A stretch of DNA of 64,000 nt, taken from assembly GCA_963924565.1 (NCBI GenBank), contig OZ004608.1:7564001-7628000 (forward strand), written 5' to 3'. A model generated the notes under the pieces. The model was given only the letters and a program-made list of their open reading frames with translations. It was not told the DNA's origin and made no database searches. Made by a program: the position numbers and the translations under genes. Position 1 is the stretch's first letter. Every line of letters starts with the position of its first letter. Positions 39,683-52,300 of the stretch are shown here, in pieces. Source of the DNA: Ascidiella aspersa (lineage: Eukaryota).

Positions 39683-40410
39683 TAGAAGTTTCTAGAAATT
39701 TGAGTTCAATCAGTAGACAGGAATCGCAAGGGTTTAGTAAACATCTTTGTGATTGTGGTTTAATGAGAGCCAACTCCCCCCCAGACAAAACAGGATTGAG
39801 ACAGACCGGGAGACACACCCATAACACGCCAGTTCTGCTTTCCGCTTTGACACGATCGTTCTGCTTTAGAGTTCACTGTGCATCAGGGGCGGATCCATGG
39901 GGGGGTGGGGCGATTGCCGTGCCCCCAAAAATATTTTTTAATTAGGCCTATTTTGACTACGCAAATCTGTTCTTTTTGCTTTTTTGCGTCTTTCTTCATT
40001 CAAAAAAAAAATTCTCGACTCCTATCCAAAGGCGTTTTCTCACTTTGCGATAATCACAAACATCTTTTTTTTTGTAAAGCTTTTGTATTAAAAGTAACAC
40101 CTACTCAATATAAACTTCAAAAGTAATCCAACTGTGTAGTGTTCTTCAGAGTACTTCTTTCACGGTTAGCCGTAATTTTGTGACATCACGTAGAAGTTTC
40201 CAGTAATTCGAGTTCAAGCAGTGGACAGGAATCGCAAGGGTTTGGCAAACATCTTTACGGCTGCGGTTTAATGAGGGCCCCCTCCTTAAGACAGAACCGG
40301 TTTGAGGCAGACCGGGAGACACACCCACAACACGCCAGTTCTGCTGTCCGCTTTGACACGATCGTCCTGCTTTAAGGTTAAGTGTGCAGTACCATGGGCG
40401 GACTCAGCGG
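39683..40410 (+). repeat. Direct duplication (~508-bp period) between paralogs 1 and 2
   Basis: 39683-~39895 matches 40191-~40405; each copy is followed by a GGGCGGA terminus-like motif. Confidence 0.85.
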
Positions 40411-42094
40411 GGCCGCGTGGCCATAACTCCAACTGTATTTTTATTTTGCCCATTTTAACTATACTTTATTATCAAATCTAATGCGTATACGGCTAAATTT
40501 GGTGTGTTGAACTGATGAGCTACGGATTTGCTGTTTGTTCCATATAATCATTGACCAAAAAATCTTATGCTCATTTCACTTAATTGTGTCATTATTCAGG
40601 GGGGACAGTGCGTTGTAAAATTGCCGTTATAGCAATGTGAGTTAATATAACATTCCACCACGCTATTAACGACGTGAAGCCACAAAACAAAAGTTTATAA
40701 AGAGTAATATATATTTTGGAGCATAACGGTTGGAGGTTGTAGTAAGACGTAATAAGAATATCAAAGCTCATACAGAATATATTTAGTAATATATATGTTT
40801 TTACAGTTAACTGCTTTTAATTTAGAAATTGCACAGTTATTTGCTAACTTATATAACACTCTAGCAAAACACTGTAATAGGAAGCGCAAGCCACTGAAAA
40901 GACTTTGCAGCTGTTTTTTTTATAATTTGAATACGTCATAAATGGTCTTAAGCGACTTTTTACGACGCGGAGGATTTCCCCATGATCTCACAAATATATT
41001 CTGCTGTTTTGCGACTTTTTTGTGAAATGTATTAATTCAATCGGCATATGCATTGTGTTTGAAAATCTCTCTTTTAGCTATTTGTATCAAATAGTTGGGA
41101 ATTTTTCATTAAAAGATTAATGCGAGTATGATATGAACTATATAGTTTCAGAAAGTGGTCTGCAAAATTTCGTTGTTTATATGCTCTTTTGTTAGTCTTG
41201 ACCTGGAATAAAAAGCAATACTCAACTAAATATCTGAAGGTCGGGTATTAAAAAAGCAAAGTCACACTTTTAGACATGTACAGAAAATGTTGACAACAAA
41301 TGTTTGTTTAAAGTTGAAGGACGCGTACGCCTGCATAGCGAAAAATATTCAATTCAAAATAACGACGAAAAAGCAAAAATATTTTTTCAACACGTTGAAT
41401 GGCCAATAAATAGACTTTCGTGACAATAAATAGACTTTCGCGAATCACTAAGAACAACACGCAAAATTCATTACAGATATATTTAAGTAGCAATTTTCTT
41501 CATTGGAACTTGTTGGTCTCGCTTTTAAAAAACAAAAATTCCGGAGCAAATGAACTCTGCAAGATCATCAGAAACCCAAATCCAGTTGAAACCGGATAGG
41601 GCAGCCATATATTTGCTTCGTTTCAGCTCAGATCCGGCGCAGTCAAGCTAACGCTGCACATTTTATATTGAAAGCACGTGACTGATTTAATTGCGCGCTT
41701 TATTTGACTGACGTCAACGCAGACAATTCTAATCGCTGATTGGCCAAAATGCGTGGGCGTTTTGTGGGTGATGCCAATTGCAATATGTTCAATTGTTCAT
41801 TGCGAGATTGTCAGTAATAGTTATATTTTTGTTGATTTGGGTACGTCGTCGCTTGGTTGGATTACGTCATGTTGATTGCGCTTTTTCCGCACGCTTTTTA
41901 CCTTGGTGTAAGTATTCTATTATCGCTTTAAAGTACAGCAAAGCAATTTACAGGTTAACAGTTGGAAAAATCCTTCGTGAAATAGACAATAACAGACAAT
42001 TGCCTGAACTGACAGAATGTAGCGATTTTCCTTGCTGAAAATACATAAATTTTGTCCATTTTTATACGGAATATACGATCTAAATTATTATATT

Positions 42095-42229
42095 CTTAAA
42101 GCCATCGCAGACCAACTGAATCTATCGATCAACTAAGCCAGTCTAGAAACACAACTAACCTGCCGTCAGGTTCGAACTCACGACCTCCGGTCATACCGGG
42201 ACCGTCGCTCAACCACTATACACAGGCTC
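42095..42229 (-). mobile_element. tRNA-derived SINE
   Basis: Minus strand gtgtatagtggttgagcg (A-box-like) ... gagttcgaacc (B-box). Homologous copy at ~52255-52370 (+); tail fragments (aaagccatcgcagac...tcgatca) at ~19675-19706 and ~37615-37650. Confidence 0.75.
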
Positions 42230-45200
42230 AGGGGGGAGCTGGTGGAGACCATCCATGACGCCAATATATTGCTTCAAGGGCTTTGACAACGAATAAAGAA
42301 ACAAACAAAGAACACAACGAGGTTAACTTGGCGACTGCAAACGCTCTGATACGTGAACACATTTAAAGCATGCAAATTACAGCTAATTGCTTGCGATTAA
42401 TCATGGCTTTTGCGCTGTCAGCTACAACACGTTTCATTTTCCTGCACTTGTCAGCCTTTGCACATTTTATTTGCTCAATGTGCTTTAACACCTTGTCACA
42501 GAATACCAAAGCTAAGGTTATTTGAACAGGGCAGCATCGACAACGACTTCAACGACCTTCTATTACTGAGAGTCAAGTTGGTGCACTGACTTTAGAGCAG
42601 TGCTGAAAATAGAATACCATTCCTCCCGAAACGATAAAAAAATTCTCACCGAAACGATTGAAATTATTTAAAGATGACGTCACAAATTTACGTCATAACG
42701 CGTCGTCTAAAACAAATATAGTCCTACGAAACATGCGATTTGTTTGATGTAGTGCTCAAAAATGCAACTTAAATCCTAATTTTCATACATTTAAGGAAAT
42801 GATGGAAAGGCCTGCTAAAAAATACGTCAATCCATGCGGTTCCGGCTTTCGTCTGGTTTGGAGTTTTAATAAGTTAATTTCGATTTTGCAGGAATGTTAA
42901 CCATAACGTTGTTTTTAATCAATGAGAAGTTGACCTGAGCTAAACCGAATGTTTTCAGTTAGCTTTACAAAACCGAACCTGTTAACAAAGCGGTACTACT
43001 ACTCTCCTGACAAAGCTGCTTTAAAAAAATTGAACAAACTTTCTATTTTGCGCGGGGTTCAAAAGATGGTTTTACTACTCTTTTTAACTGCTATAATTAG
43101 GGCAATTATTTTTTTACCTAAATAATGAGAAATTGTGACCTAAAAAATGAAATTTTTGACAAGGCCTAAAAATATATTTTTTTGACCAAATTTTGACCTA
43201 TTCCAAAAACATTGATCTAAAAAGCATATTTGTTGTCAGACTTAATTATATTTAGATTTGCCAGCCTATACCAAATGTTTCACTCGAAAAACATATTTTA
43301 TGACCTTATGGTAGGTGAGTATTCCAATATTCAAACCCACAGCGTCAGCGAAGTTAAAAAAGAACTAAACAAATAAATCGAAAATGTTGCAACAGTTGAA
43401 TTGGCGTAAATATGTTTACTGCTGTTTGACAGGTTACCAAGGCGAACGCATTTTCTTTGTGCACATATCAAATGATTGAAAACCTACCCCCAACAACGCA
43501 CCTTACACTTGTTAATACCTGTCGATTTCCATGTTGTATCTTACGTAATAGCAGTGATAAAAAAGTTGCACCATTAATCACGAAGCACATGTTATAGACC
43601 AGACCCAGGCAAACTATGGCCAGCAGGCCGGGTCCTGCTCATTTTCCTAAAATCTTATTGTTTACCTGTTATGCTTGATTTTAGAATATTTTATTGAAAA
43701 TTTATAGTTGTAGGGCAACATTACTCTTTCTACTCTTCCTAGCCTGTCAATGTAAAAAAAAGAATTACACTTTTGTATTATGTGTGTTGCACATCCCCTT
43801 TTGACCCGACCCTCCTTCAAATGTTGTGTTTCTTATGCGCTGTAAAAATAATTTCACAACCCGTTAAGGACATTGCCTTAGCGGAAATGTGTTGGGCAGT
43901 AAATTTTAATATACGGCAGATCAGTTATTTATCTAAGATACAGATTTGGATTAAAATCCTATTAAGTTTATCAAATAGGGCAGGAGAAAACCAATCACTG
44001 AACTGCCACTGCCAATAGCGGTTCTCCTTGTTATTCACCAAAGGCGGGGATGAATTTTTACATTACAGTAGGTGGAACACTGTACACATTTCTAAAACTT
44101 GACCTCAACACAAAATGTTAATTCTGACAAATATACGCCGTTTGTTTGATACATTAAAATGGCTTATAGTTTCAAGATACAAAATTACTGCGGATTTCCG
44201 TTAAAGCCTTATCGCTAAAGCGTTCAAAACTAAAAATTGTATTATCCATATAAGGGCATCGTGTTAGGAATGCAGAGAAGTATACTACCTTTTTCTGTGC
44301 ATAAACTCTAAAAGAGTGAGACCTAAAGAATTCTTCGCTACCTCAGAGTCAAGATGAAACTATACATTATCCTTTACTCATTTTTATTGCTGGCAGTTTA
44401 GTATTGAAGAAGGTTTTGCAAAATTGTGGTCGTAAAAGTCACATTTAAACAATTTGTCGTAAATTTTATGTTGCATGATAAACAAAAAACAGTAGTATGA
44501 ATAGAAAACCCAGAGGAGTTGTTCAACAGTTTGTATAAAAAACGGTAGTATTTAGTAAAAAGTCTATATATTGAGCTGATTCAAAGCTAGATTTTGTGGC
44601 CATAACATTTGATTGTCTGAGGGAAATTTATAAACGTTGCGTCGAGGCTAAGGTCCTGGAAAAACAATTTTTGCGCGACCCAGATTTTTCCGAAAAGCGC
44701 GGACAGTGTTGCAGCGAACCTGCCACTGTAAAAATTTGACGACTTTATTTCGTAATCTTTGCTGATCAACGGACTCGCCGTAGGTCAGTACCGGTTGCAA
44801 CCAGCGACGGCCGGATCCGCTGTGACGGTTTCGTGGTTTCGCAATCGACTCTTGACTACATAAAACTTGCTGATCATCGTGATGGCCCTTTTTGCGCCGG
44901 TGTCGTACTAAAGGCGGCAATAGTTAGTATAGATACGCACGTACTGCGAAGGGATTAATGCGCACGTTAAAAGCTATCTAACAAGATGTAAAAAATCACG
45001 CTTTCAGGAGACAAAATTTAAAAAGGTTTTTCGCGCAAATGAAAAGTTTTTAATTCAGCAACAAAGTAATTTGGCCATGTACGAAATTGTGTTTGTTCGA
45101 ACAGCTGTCATACGAATTAGACTGGCGAATTGCTTGTTGGCTCGACGTTTTGTTGTCCTTATTTCATATCTAAACTATAATTAATTTAATTAATCAATCT

Positions 45201-46182
45201 ATACGGGTTGAACCTACGAAGAGTATAGTTTGCATACAAAGTCAGCTTAAAGGTTTCAATTTGGTTAACTAATCGCAGTATAGTTTTAGTCAAGATAAAG
45301 GTGTCACAAGTTAAATTTTATGTAACTCTACATTATGTTGCTAAAAACGAGGTACGTTTCAAAATTTTATGTAAGGTTGGCCTACCGTATGTTTGTTATG
45401 GTGCAATGAAGTACGATAACACCTCTGCACATCGCCGATGATTTCAGTGGTTCTCAAACACTGGTATCCGTTATTATGCATTTAAGTCTTGCCTGCTTGC
45501 CTCCATTTCCAAATGCAATTCGAATTTTTCGAAAATTGCTAAACGTATAGCGGCACACTGCTGCTCAACAAAACTAACAAACTGGTTTAAAGAGGCATAA
45601 TTTTACTCTTGGTAAGGCCCGAGCGCCTACAATTTCCAGCAAATCTAATTACTGTGGATGTATTCAATTTTCAGATATTACGTCGTCAACAACTTTTGCA
45701 AATATCGCTAATTCATTTGGTGCTAGTGCATGTGATGCGCGTCGTAAACATGTGTAGTGAGGAATTAATATATGTTCTAAACGTCCAAAGTGCTATACCA
45801 TGTATTTAGAGCTAACCAATGCCTCGTTGCGTGTTGCCTAATTCGGTTTCTGTTAGTAAAATATCACACTATATCGATTAAGAAAAAAGGATTCAAAGCT
45901 GCTACGACATTTTTCCGGCTCTGAATCGAATTTTTAAATCTAATTATATTTGCAGAATACTCTGGTGAAGCTAGCAATTAAGGTCAGACTTTGTTATCTC
46001 CAAAGACGTATTTATTTTGCCAGAAACAGCATCGTCAGTGTATCTTAATTCGATTGATTCATTCTGCTTTTACTGATCAGAAAATAAGGTCTATCGTACA
46101 AGTGTCAAGGTGATTTCCAATTTCATATTTTCATACTAATTATTTGGGCACAGTATGCACGGATCTGTAATGTAGCTCGATT

Positions 46183-46279
46183 ATAAATTGCAAAGCAAAA
46201 AAGGGCGAGTAGATCGACATCATCTCTTATTAAGCAAGATGATGTCGATCTACTCGACCTTTTTAGCTTTGCAATTTAT
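46183..46279. repeat. Near-perfect 97-nt palindrome/hairpin
   Basis: 43-bp arms 46183-46225 and 46237-46279, 2 mismatches, 11-nt loop. Confidence 0.9.
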
Positions 46280-46366
46280 TATCAAGTCACACTAATTATA
46301 TTTGTTTAAAGTACTCAGCTGTGTTTTTGTTTCAAGAATAAAACTGTTTGTAACGAAACGAACATA

Positions 46367-49300
46367 ATGTCAAACGCCAGTCGAAGAAGCCAGATCAGGC
46401 GCTCCATGATGATTAATATCGGAGCGGTGATGTTGGTCTTTTCGTCCTACAACGCATTAAAAAACCTTCAATCAAGTCTAAACATCCAGGAGGGCTTGGG
46501 TAAGCTAACTGACTTGTTTGAAGTTTTATTTATGTTATCAAATGATTAAGTTAGCAACTGGTTTGAACAAGGTGAAATAATTTTAAGTGTTAAATTTGAC
46601 ACGAGTCTATATAGTATATATATAGTTGCGTTAAATCTAAAAATGTGGGTCAACCAATGTTGAGAATAATCTTTGTAGTCGTTTAAGCTCATTTACGTGA
46701 CGTACTGAGATACCAGCAACCCATTATTGAAAAATCTAAAAAATAAAAACGTTTTATTGAATCAATATTCACATTTTTGTCATGCAATTTCGAACATGGC
46801 GTAACTCAACTCTGTAAAATAGAAGTTGTGACGTAATGCTGTAGTGAACTGCTTTTGTTTACAGGTTCGGGTTCGGTTAAGGTTCATGTTCTTTCAAAAT
46901 ATTCGGTTCAGTTCCGGTTTGGCTCCTTAAAATCTTACAAAACACGTTTCAGGTTAGGTTACGAATTGGAAAAAATTGACCCAAAACCGGTTCATAAAGT
47001 TCCGATTCGGTTCCGGTTCGGCTCTTTAAAATCTTACAAAACACGGTTTAGGTTGGGTAGTTTTTTTTACCGGCGCTAAATTAACGACTCCAGCACTAAA
47101 TAAAAAGTTTAACTTATAGTATGATACACTGCTAAACCTACTCGTTTATCCAAAGGAACCACTTCTCTCGCGGTTTTCATGGGTTCGACAATCTTCTGTG
47201 GTCTCTTCCTCAGCCCAGTCTTCCTTCGAATCTTCAGCGTCAAATGGGGATTCGTCTTCTGCGACCTCGCCTTGCTCGCTTACACCGCGGCAAACTTTTA
47301 CCCGGGTGAGTTGACAGCTTTAATAGCGCACCGCTCCGAAGAAAAAATCAGCCAACAAAGCATTAAAACTCACAATATAAATTATGCATTTTCAACAAAG
47401 TAAATCATCAGTATTTCAACACAATTAAATAGTGAAAATGATTTAAACTATTGCAATACTTTACAATGTAAAATTAAAAAAATATATATATATCGAAAAC
47501 TGACATGAACTAAAAAAAAGCTGCGTGTACCACTAAAATATAACAGCAATAATCCGTGAAGCGGTCTCCAAACGCCACTAAAAACAGTTAACTTGTTATT
47601 TGAGATGTTCGATGTACACTCGCAACCGAAACCCGATGTCAGTTGGTATTATCGATGCAGGCCCGATACTACTGTTGTATTTGTACTGATGCGATACCAA
47701 AATATTATCAATCTATACTTTTCATTTTGTAAGTGTCAAAGATTTATTTATAGAAAAAGAGATATTAACCACTAAATCTAGGTCTCCTACAGAATTGAAG
47801 CAATTCTGCCTAACCAGATGAAATCATCACGTTTTCAAATTTGTTAAATTTTGCGACTTGACCTTAGTAATAATCGTATTGAATCTTTGCCCACCAAATA
47901 GGTATAGGAATAAAAAAGTATCGAAAACCAAAACTTGTCGTTTGATCATTGAAAGATAGTATACTTGACAGACTTTATTAACTAACTCTTGACAATTGAT
48001 TTATTAACTAACTCTTGACAATCGCATTTTGCCTAACATACTTGCAAACCAGATGCTTATGTTTTTTAGTTATTGTGCTCGCTTTGCGAAACATTCCTCG
48101 GGAAGAAATAAGATTAGTAATTTCAAGAAGTTGAAATTAAATTTGATTCGAACAATTTGACCTGGCCTGTTAATTTAGTTGTTACTTGTAAAAAATAAAT
48201 TATTTTATTTTAAAAGTCATTTTTTGTGAGCCTTACAACTCCCCACATTGATGAATTTTCACAAAACCTATTTTGTTTATTGGCCCGTAGAACAATTAAA
48301 TAACCAAAAAGCGGTAACAGACCTAAGAAGAAATAAAGTAAAACTGCAACAGAGATACATTATTATTTACTCGAATCGTAATTCAAAACACCTACATTTA
48401 TGCGCCGTTCAAACTCCTCATGTACCTTATAAATTCAATGCCCAGGATAACCCAAATTCTTTTTCACAGCTTACTCGACTCTAATTCCCACTAGCGTCCT
48501 TGGCGGCATGGGTTTGAACATGTTCTGGGTTGGGGTCGGCCAACTGAACATCCACTTCGCACGAAATTACAAGGAGTGTGGCAAACAGGAACTGGACAAC
48601 TACGTGAGCAGCATCAGCGCTTACTTTTTCTGTGGGTACCTCTCCACTCAGGTAAGACGACTTTGTCACAGAACTGAGGTTATTTTGGGTCGTGAAACTT
48701 ATTTCTGCTCACGGTTTTCTGTACCTTTTTGGCATGCATCACATATCTGTGAATTCCCGTGTTTAATAAGTAAATTTTATTTAACCGAAACTTCTTGACG
48801 ACTGGAAATGTTCACCTAAAATGTCGCAAAACTTGTTCTTATAACTGAGTAAGAAACAAAAGTAAATTTAAAGAAAAAAAGACGGTTTATTTCAAGCTTA
48901 TTGAAAAAATATAAGTTTCACAAAATATGAAATAACATCTTTCTTCAGAATTTATTATTTATGTACATGTAAATGAGTGCTTCGCCATACGAATACTGAC
49001 CTCACCCTTTCGTACGATAACAACTATACGCTAACCCCAACTAGGAAATATGTTTTACCCTTCCATAAACCTCCTTCACAGACCCTACAAACTAAGATGC
49101 CAAATATAACAGTATTTAGATAGAGTCAAATAACCCAGGTTGCAGTTTCACTCTGATGTTCGCTGGCTTTTTTGTGTTGAATATGCTGTGTATAAGTAAG
49201 TCTGGCCTATGCGTATACGTGAGTGTAAGTTGCTGTGTTTTTTACTATTCGCTTGTTCTTTTAAACAGACAGTGAGTTTACTTGTGTCGTGTGTGATGCA

Positions 49301-52300
49301 AACGTTCAAGCTCACCATGTATGTTAGTTGGATCTGGTATGGAGTCCACTACTTTATTGGCAAACATTCTATGCCTGTTCTTATGACTAATGTTCGTATG
49401 TTGTATAAATGCACTTGGAGCGTAAGTGTGTATGGGTTACATTAGTTGGTAAGCGTGTATTGTTGAGTGTTTTCATGTGTGGGTGACAACTTTTCAAACG
49501 CTGGTTTACACTCTGTTGCATTTCTTTCCACAGCTGTTTGGGAATTTAATTCCTTTCGTGGTGTTTGAGATAGCATCTGGTCCCGATTCGACCGGCGGCA
49601 ATATCTCGACCGCCGTCACTTCGTCGCAATCCTTAGTGACTGGCGCTCAACTGGCGTAAGACATCGAATGTAAAACGCGAGCGCACTTACTAGTAAAACC
49701 TGCGAAACTAGGAAACGGACACGGGAATGCGCAAAACACTAGCAAGATGAGCGCAATTTTCTAAACAGATTCAGACATTCTTGTTACTTTGGTCAATGGA
49801 AATTTGAAGTGCAGTGGGCCGTTATTAAACCATGTTTTAAATAAAGTTTTATTATGGCCACTTCGCCATATTTTGTTTGACGTCGGTGTTACAAATAACT
49901 CAATAATCACATCGATAGCATTTTGTGCGCTTCCGATTGAACTTTAAAGTGACTGATCGTTTTTTATCATATTTGTTTAAAAGAAAACGTAAAATGTATC
50001 AATGTAGATTAAACGTGCATGGGCATATCTGTCAAACAAAAATGCCAAACTTAATAGACTTATCTGGCTTAAATAAATAAATACGACGTAAAATTCTTTC
50101 TTAGCTGTCCGACGTTTCATTAAAAAGCCCTAACCAAAAACAACGGTACTGAAATTTTCGACAAAAATTCATTTGTTAATACGATTCAGCAAATTTTGAT
50201 TGAAAATGGATGAAAGTTAAAGATTCACTGCATTATATAACGACCTTTTCGGTCAAGAAAACGCGGTGTTTTGCGCATTCCCGTTCTAAATTCAACCGAA
50301 CGTTTGTAATTCTCTATGAATAACGCGAAATCTATGGCAGGGAGCTTTCGGTGTCGGATTACTGCGGGGCCAAGGACTGTCAGGACGCCTCGCTTGTTAG
50401 CGACTCCTCCCAGTACAGACCTGCGTCCGACGAGGCCATTTACGTTACATACGGGATCTTTGCCGCAATGATCGTGGTGGGCTTGGTTCTCCACGTCAAG
50501 TATCTTCCTGATGTAAATCAAGGTAACTGAAGTACTCGTTTAAACTTGTGTTCAGCTGTTAACGTACTTTTCATTGGAAAAATTGACAACAAGGTTGCCC
50601 GATTGTAGCCTATGTATTATATTCCTATACCCTTTCCTGTTTTATTTGCCTGAAATCGCGAGCATTTTGATTTACCTGTTAACGTACTTTTCTACAGTGA
50701 AACAAACATATGTATACTGGCAAATCGGCAAATACCAAATACTGGCAATAGGAAATGCCCAATAGTTTATTTTGTATTCCATTACGCTTTCCCGTTCTAT
50801 TGCTTAAAAATCGCGCGCACTTTCATTTAACAGTTATTTGAGTTTGATCAGCAATACTGACTATTATGCTGTCCGATGCTATATGTCTTATTCAAATACC
50901 CTTTCCTGATATATTGCGCAAAATACATGGCCATCCGATCATATACAGATTTACGTGATTCCTGTATGTCCATTTGTGTATGTAATATTGATTAAAGTAA
51001 ACCGTGCAAAGGTAATTTATCCCTGATTATTAAGCCAATTTTGTTAACTGCCAAGAGGCTTTGTTACTCTAATTGTTTATGATTACTATTCTCTAACTAT
51101 TTTTTCTTTCAAGGTATAGAAAACGTTAAATTGGATCGTAAACCATACATGAAGGGCAAAAAAACGATTTATAATAATTTTGTTTTTAGTGGACGAAGTG
51201 GTGGACACCATTAAGGAGATGCAGTTCAGCAATCCTGCATTTGAAGGTAACATATTTCCTGTTTTAACAGATAAAATGGTAACTGATTAAAAAAACATGG
51301 AAACACCATGTGCAAAGTACAGTAGGCTATACTTTGCTTGGTTGATAAATAATGTCGATAGACCTAATTGGTTTATTTTCATACTTTAAGGTGAAGATGC
51401 GAAAGAAGAGGATAAAAAGGTTTCAGGAGGAGCGTTTAAAAACGAGGCTTATCTGGAGGATGAAAGTAACAACAAAGATCCGGAGGTTGTGACCTCGGAA
51501 ATCGTTAAAGAACAGGAGCTTGCCTATCGCAAAAAGTGTCGCGTCACTAATGGTGACGTCACTGAAGACCCTAACAACAACAACGGCAAGTTTTACGACG
51601 TTTCCCTTGACAGAAAAGTCAGCAATTTGCCGGAAGAAACTATCAGCGATAGCGATGCGGTGAGAAAAATAGATACTGTACAATATATAAGGATCTCCTT
51701 CAAAAAACTTTTTGGAGCAAAACGTTGTACCTAGAAAATTATCAACCATTTTTGTCAGAGACCAAATAAGGGGTTCAGGTATGCAAGATGTGAAAAGAAT
51801 GAAAAGTGCCTTCAATCGAACGTCTTAGCAACAGTGAGCTTTAGATTTATATAATGTTGTCCTCAATAAGTTATGCACACTTTCTGATTTGAAACTGATT
51901 TGTGTAATTTTCGACGGCTATAACGCTGCTCACATCTGATAACAAGGAAAACTTTGGTTTGAGACAATGGCTGATAATTTTTGTACACATCCATTCTTTA
52001 ATTCAACTCTTATCTCGTTGTTAATGTTAGAGCACGTGCTGTTATTAGGCTGTTATGAGGTCAAAGTTTTGTCAAATAGAGTGCTGATTGTTTGTGTAGA
52101 TTTGACTATTTAAGTCTTCAGAAAACGGAGTTAGGTTTAATTTAACAGCAACCAAATCTATTTCTAGCATAGGTTTCGTCGTTTTAATTATTACTTTGTT
52201 GGCTAACTTTGTTGTTTGCAATCGAGTTAAACTTTACACCGTTCAGTTTAGTTTGTATTTGTAGAGCGACGGTCATGGTTTGACCGGAGGTTGTAAGTTC

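Noticed and set aside
44587-44920. GC-rich minus-strand ORFs between paralogs 1 and 2
   Set aside because: No ATG start, splice support or recognisable domain; more likely regulatory DNA.
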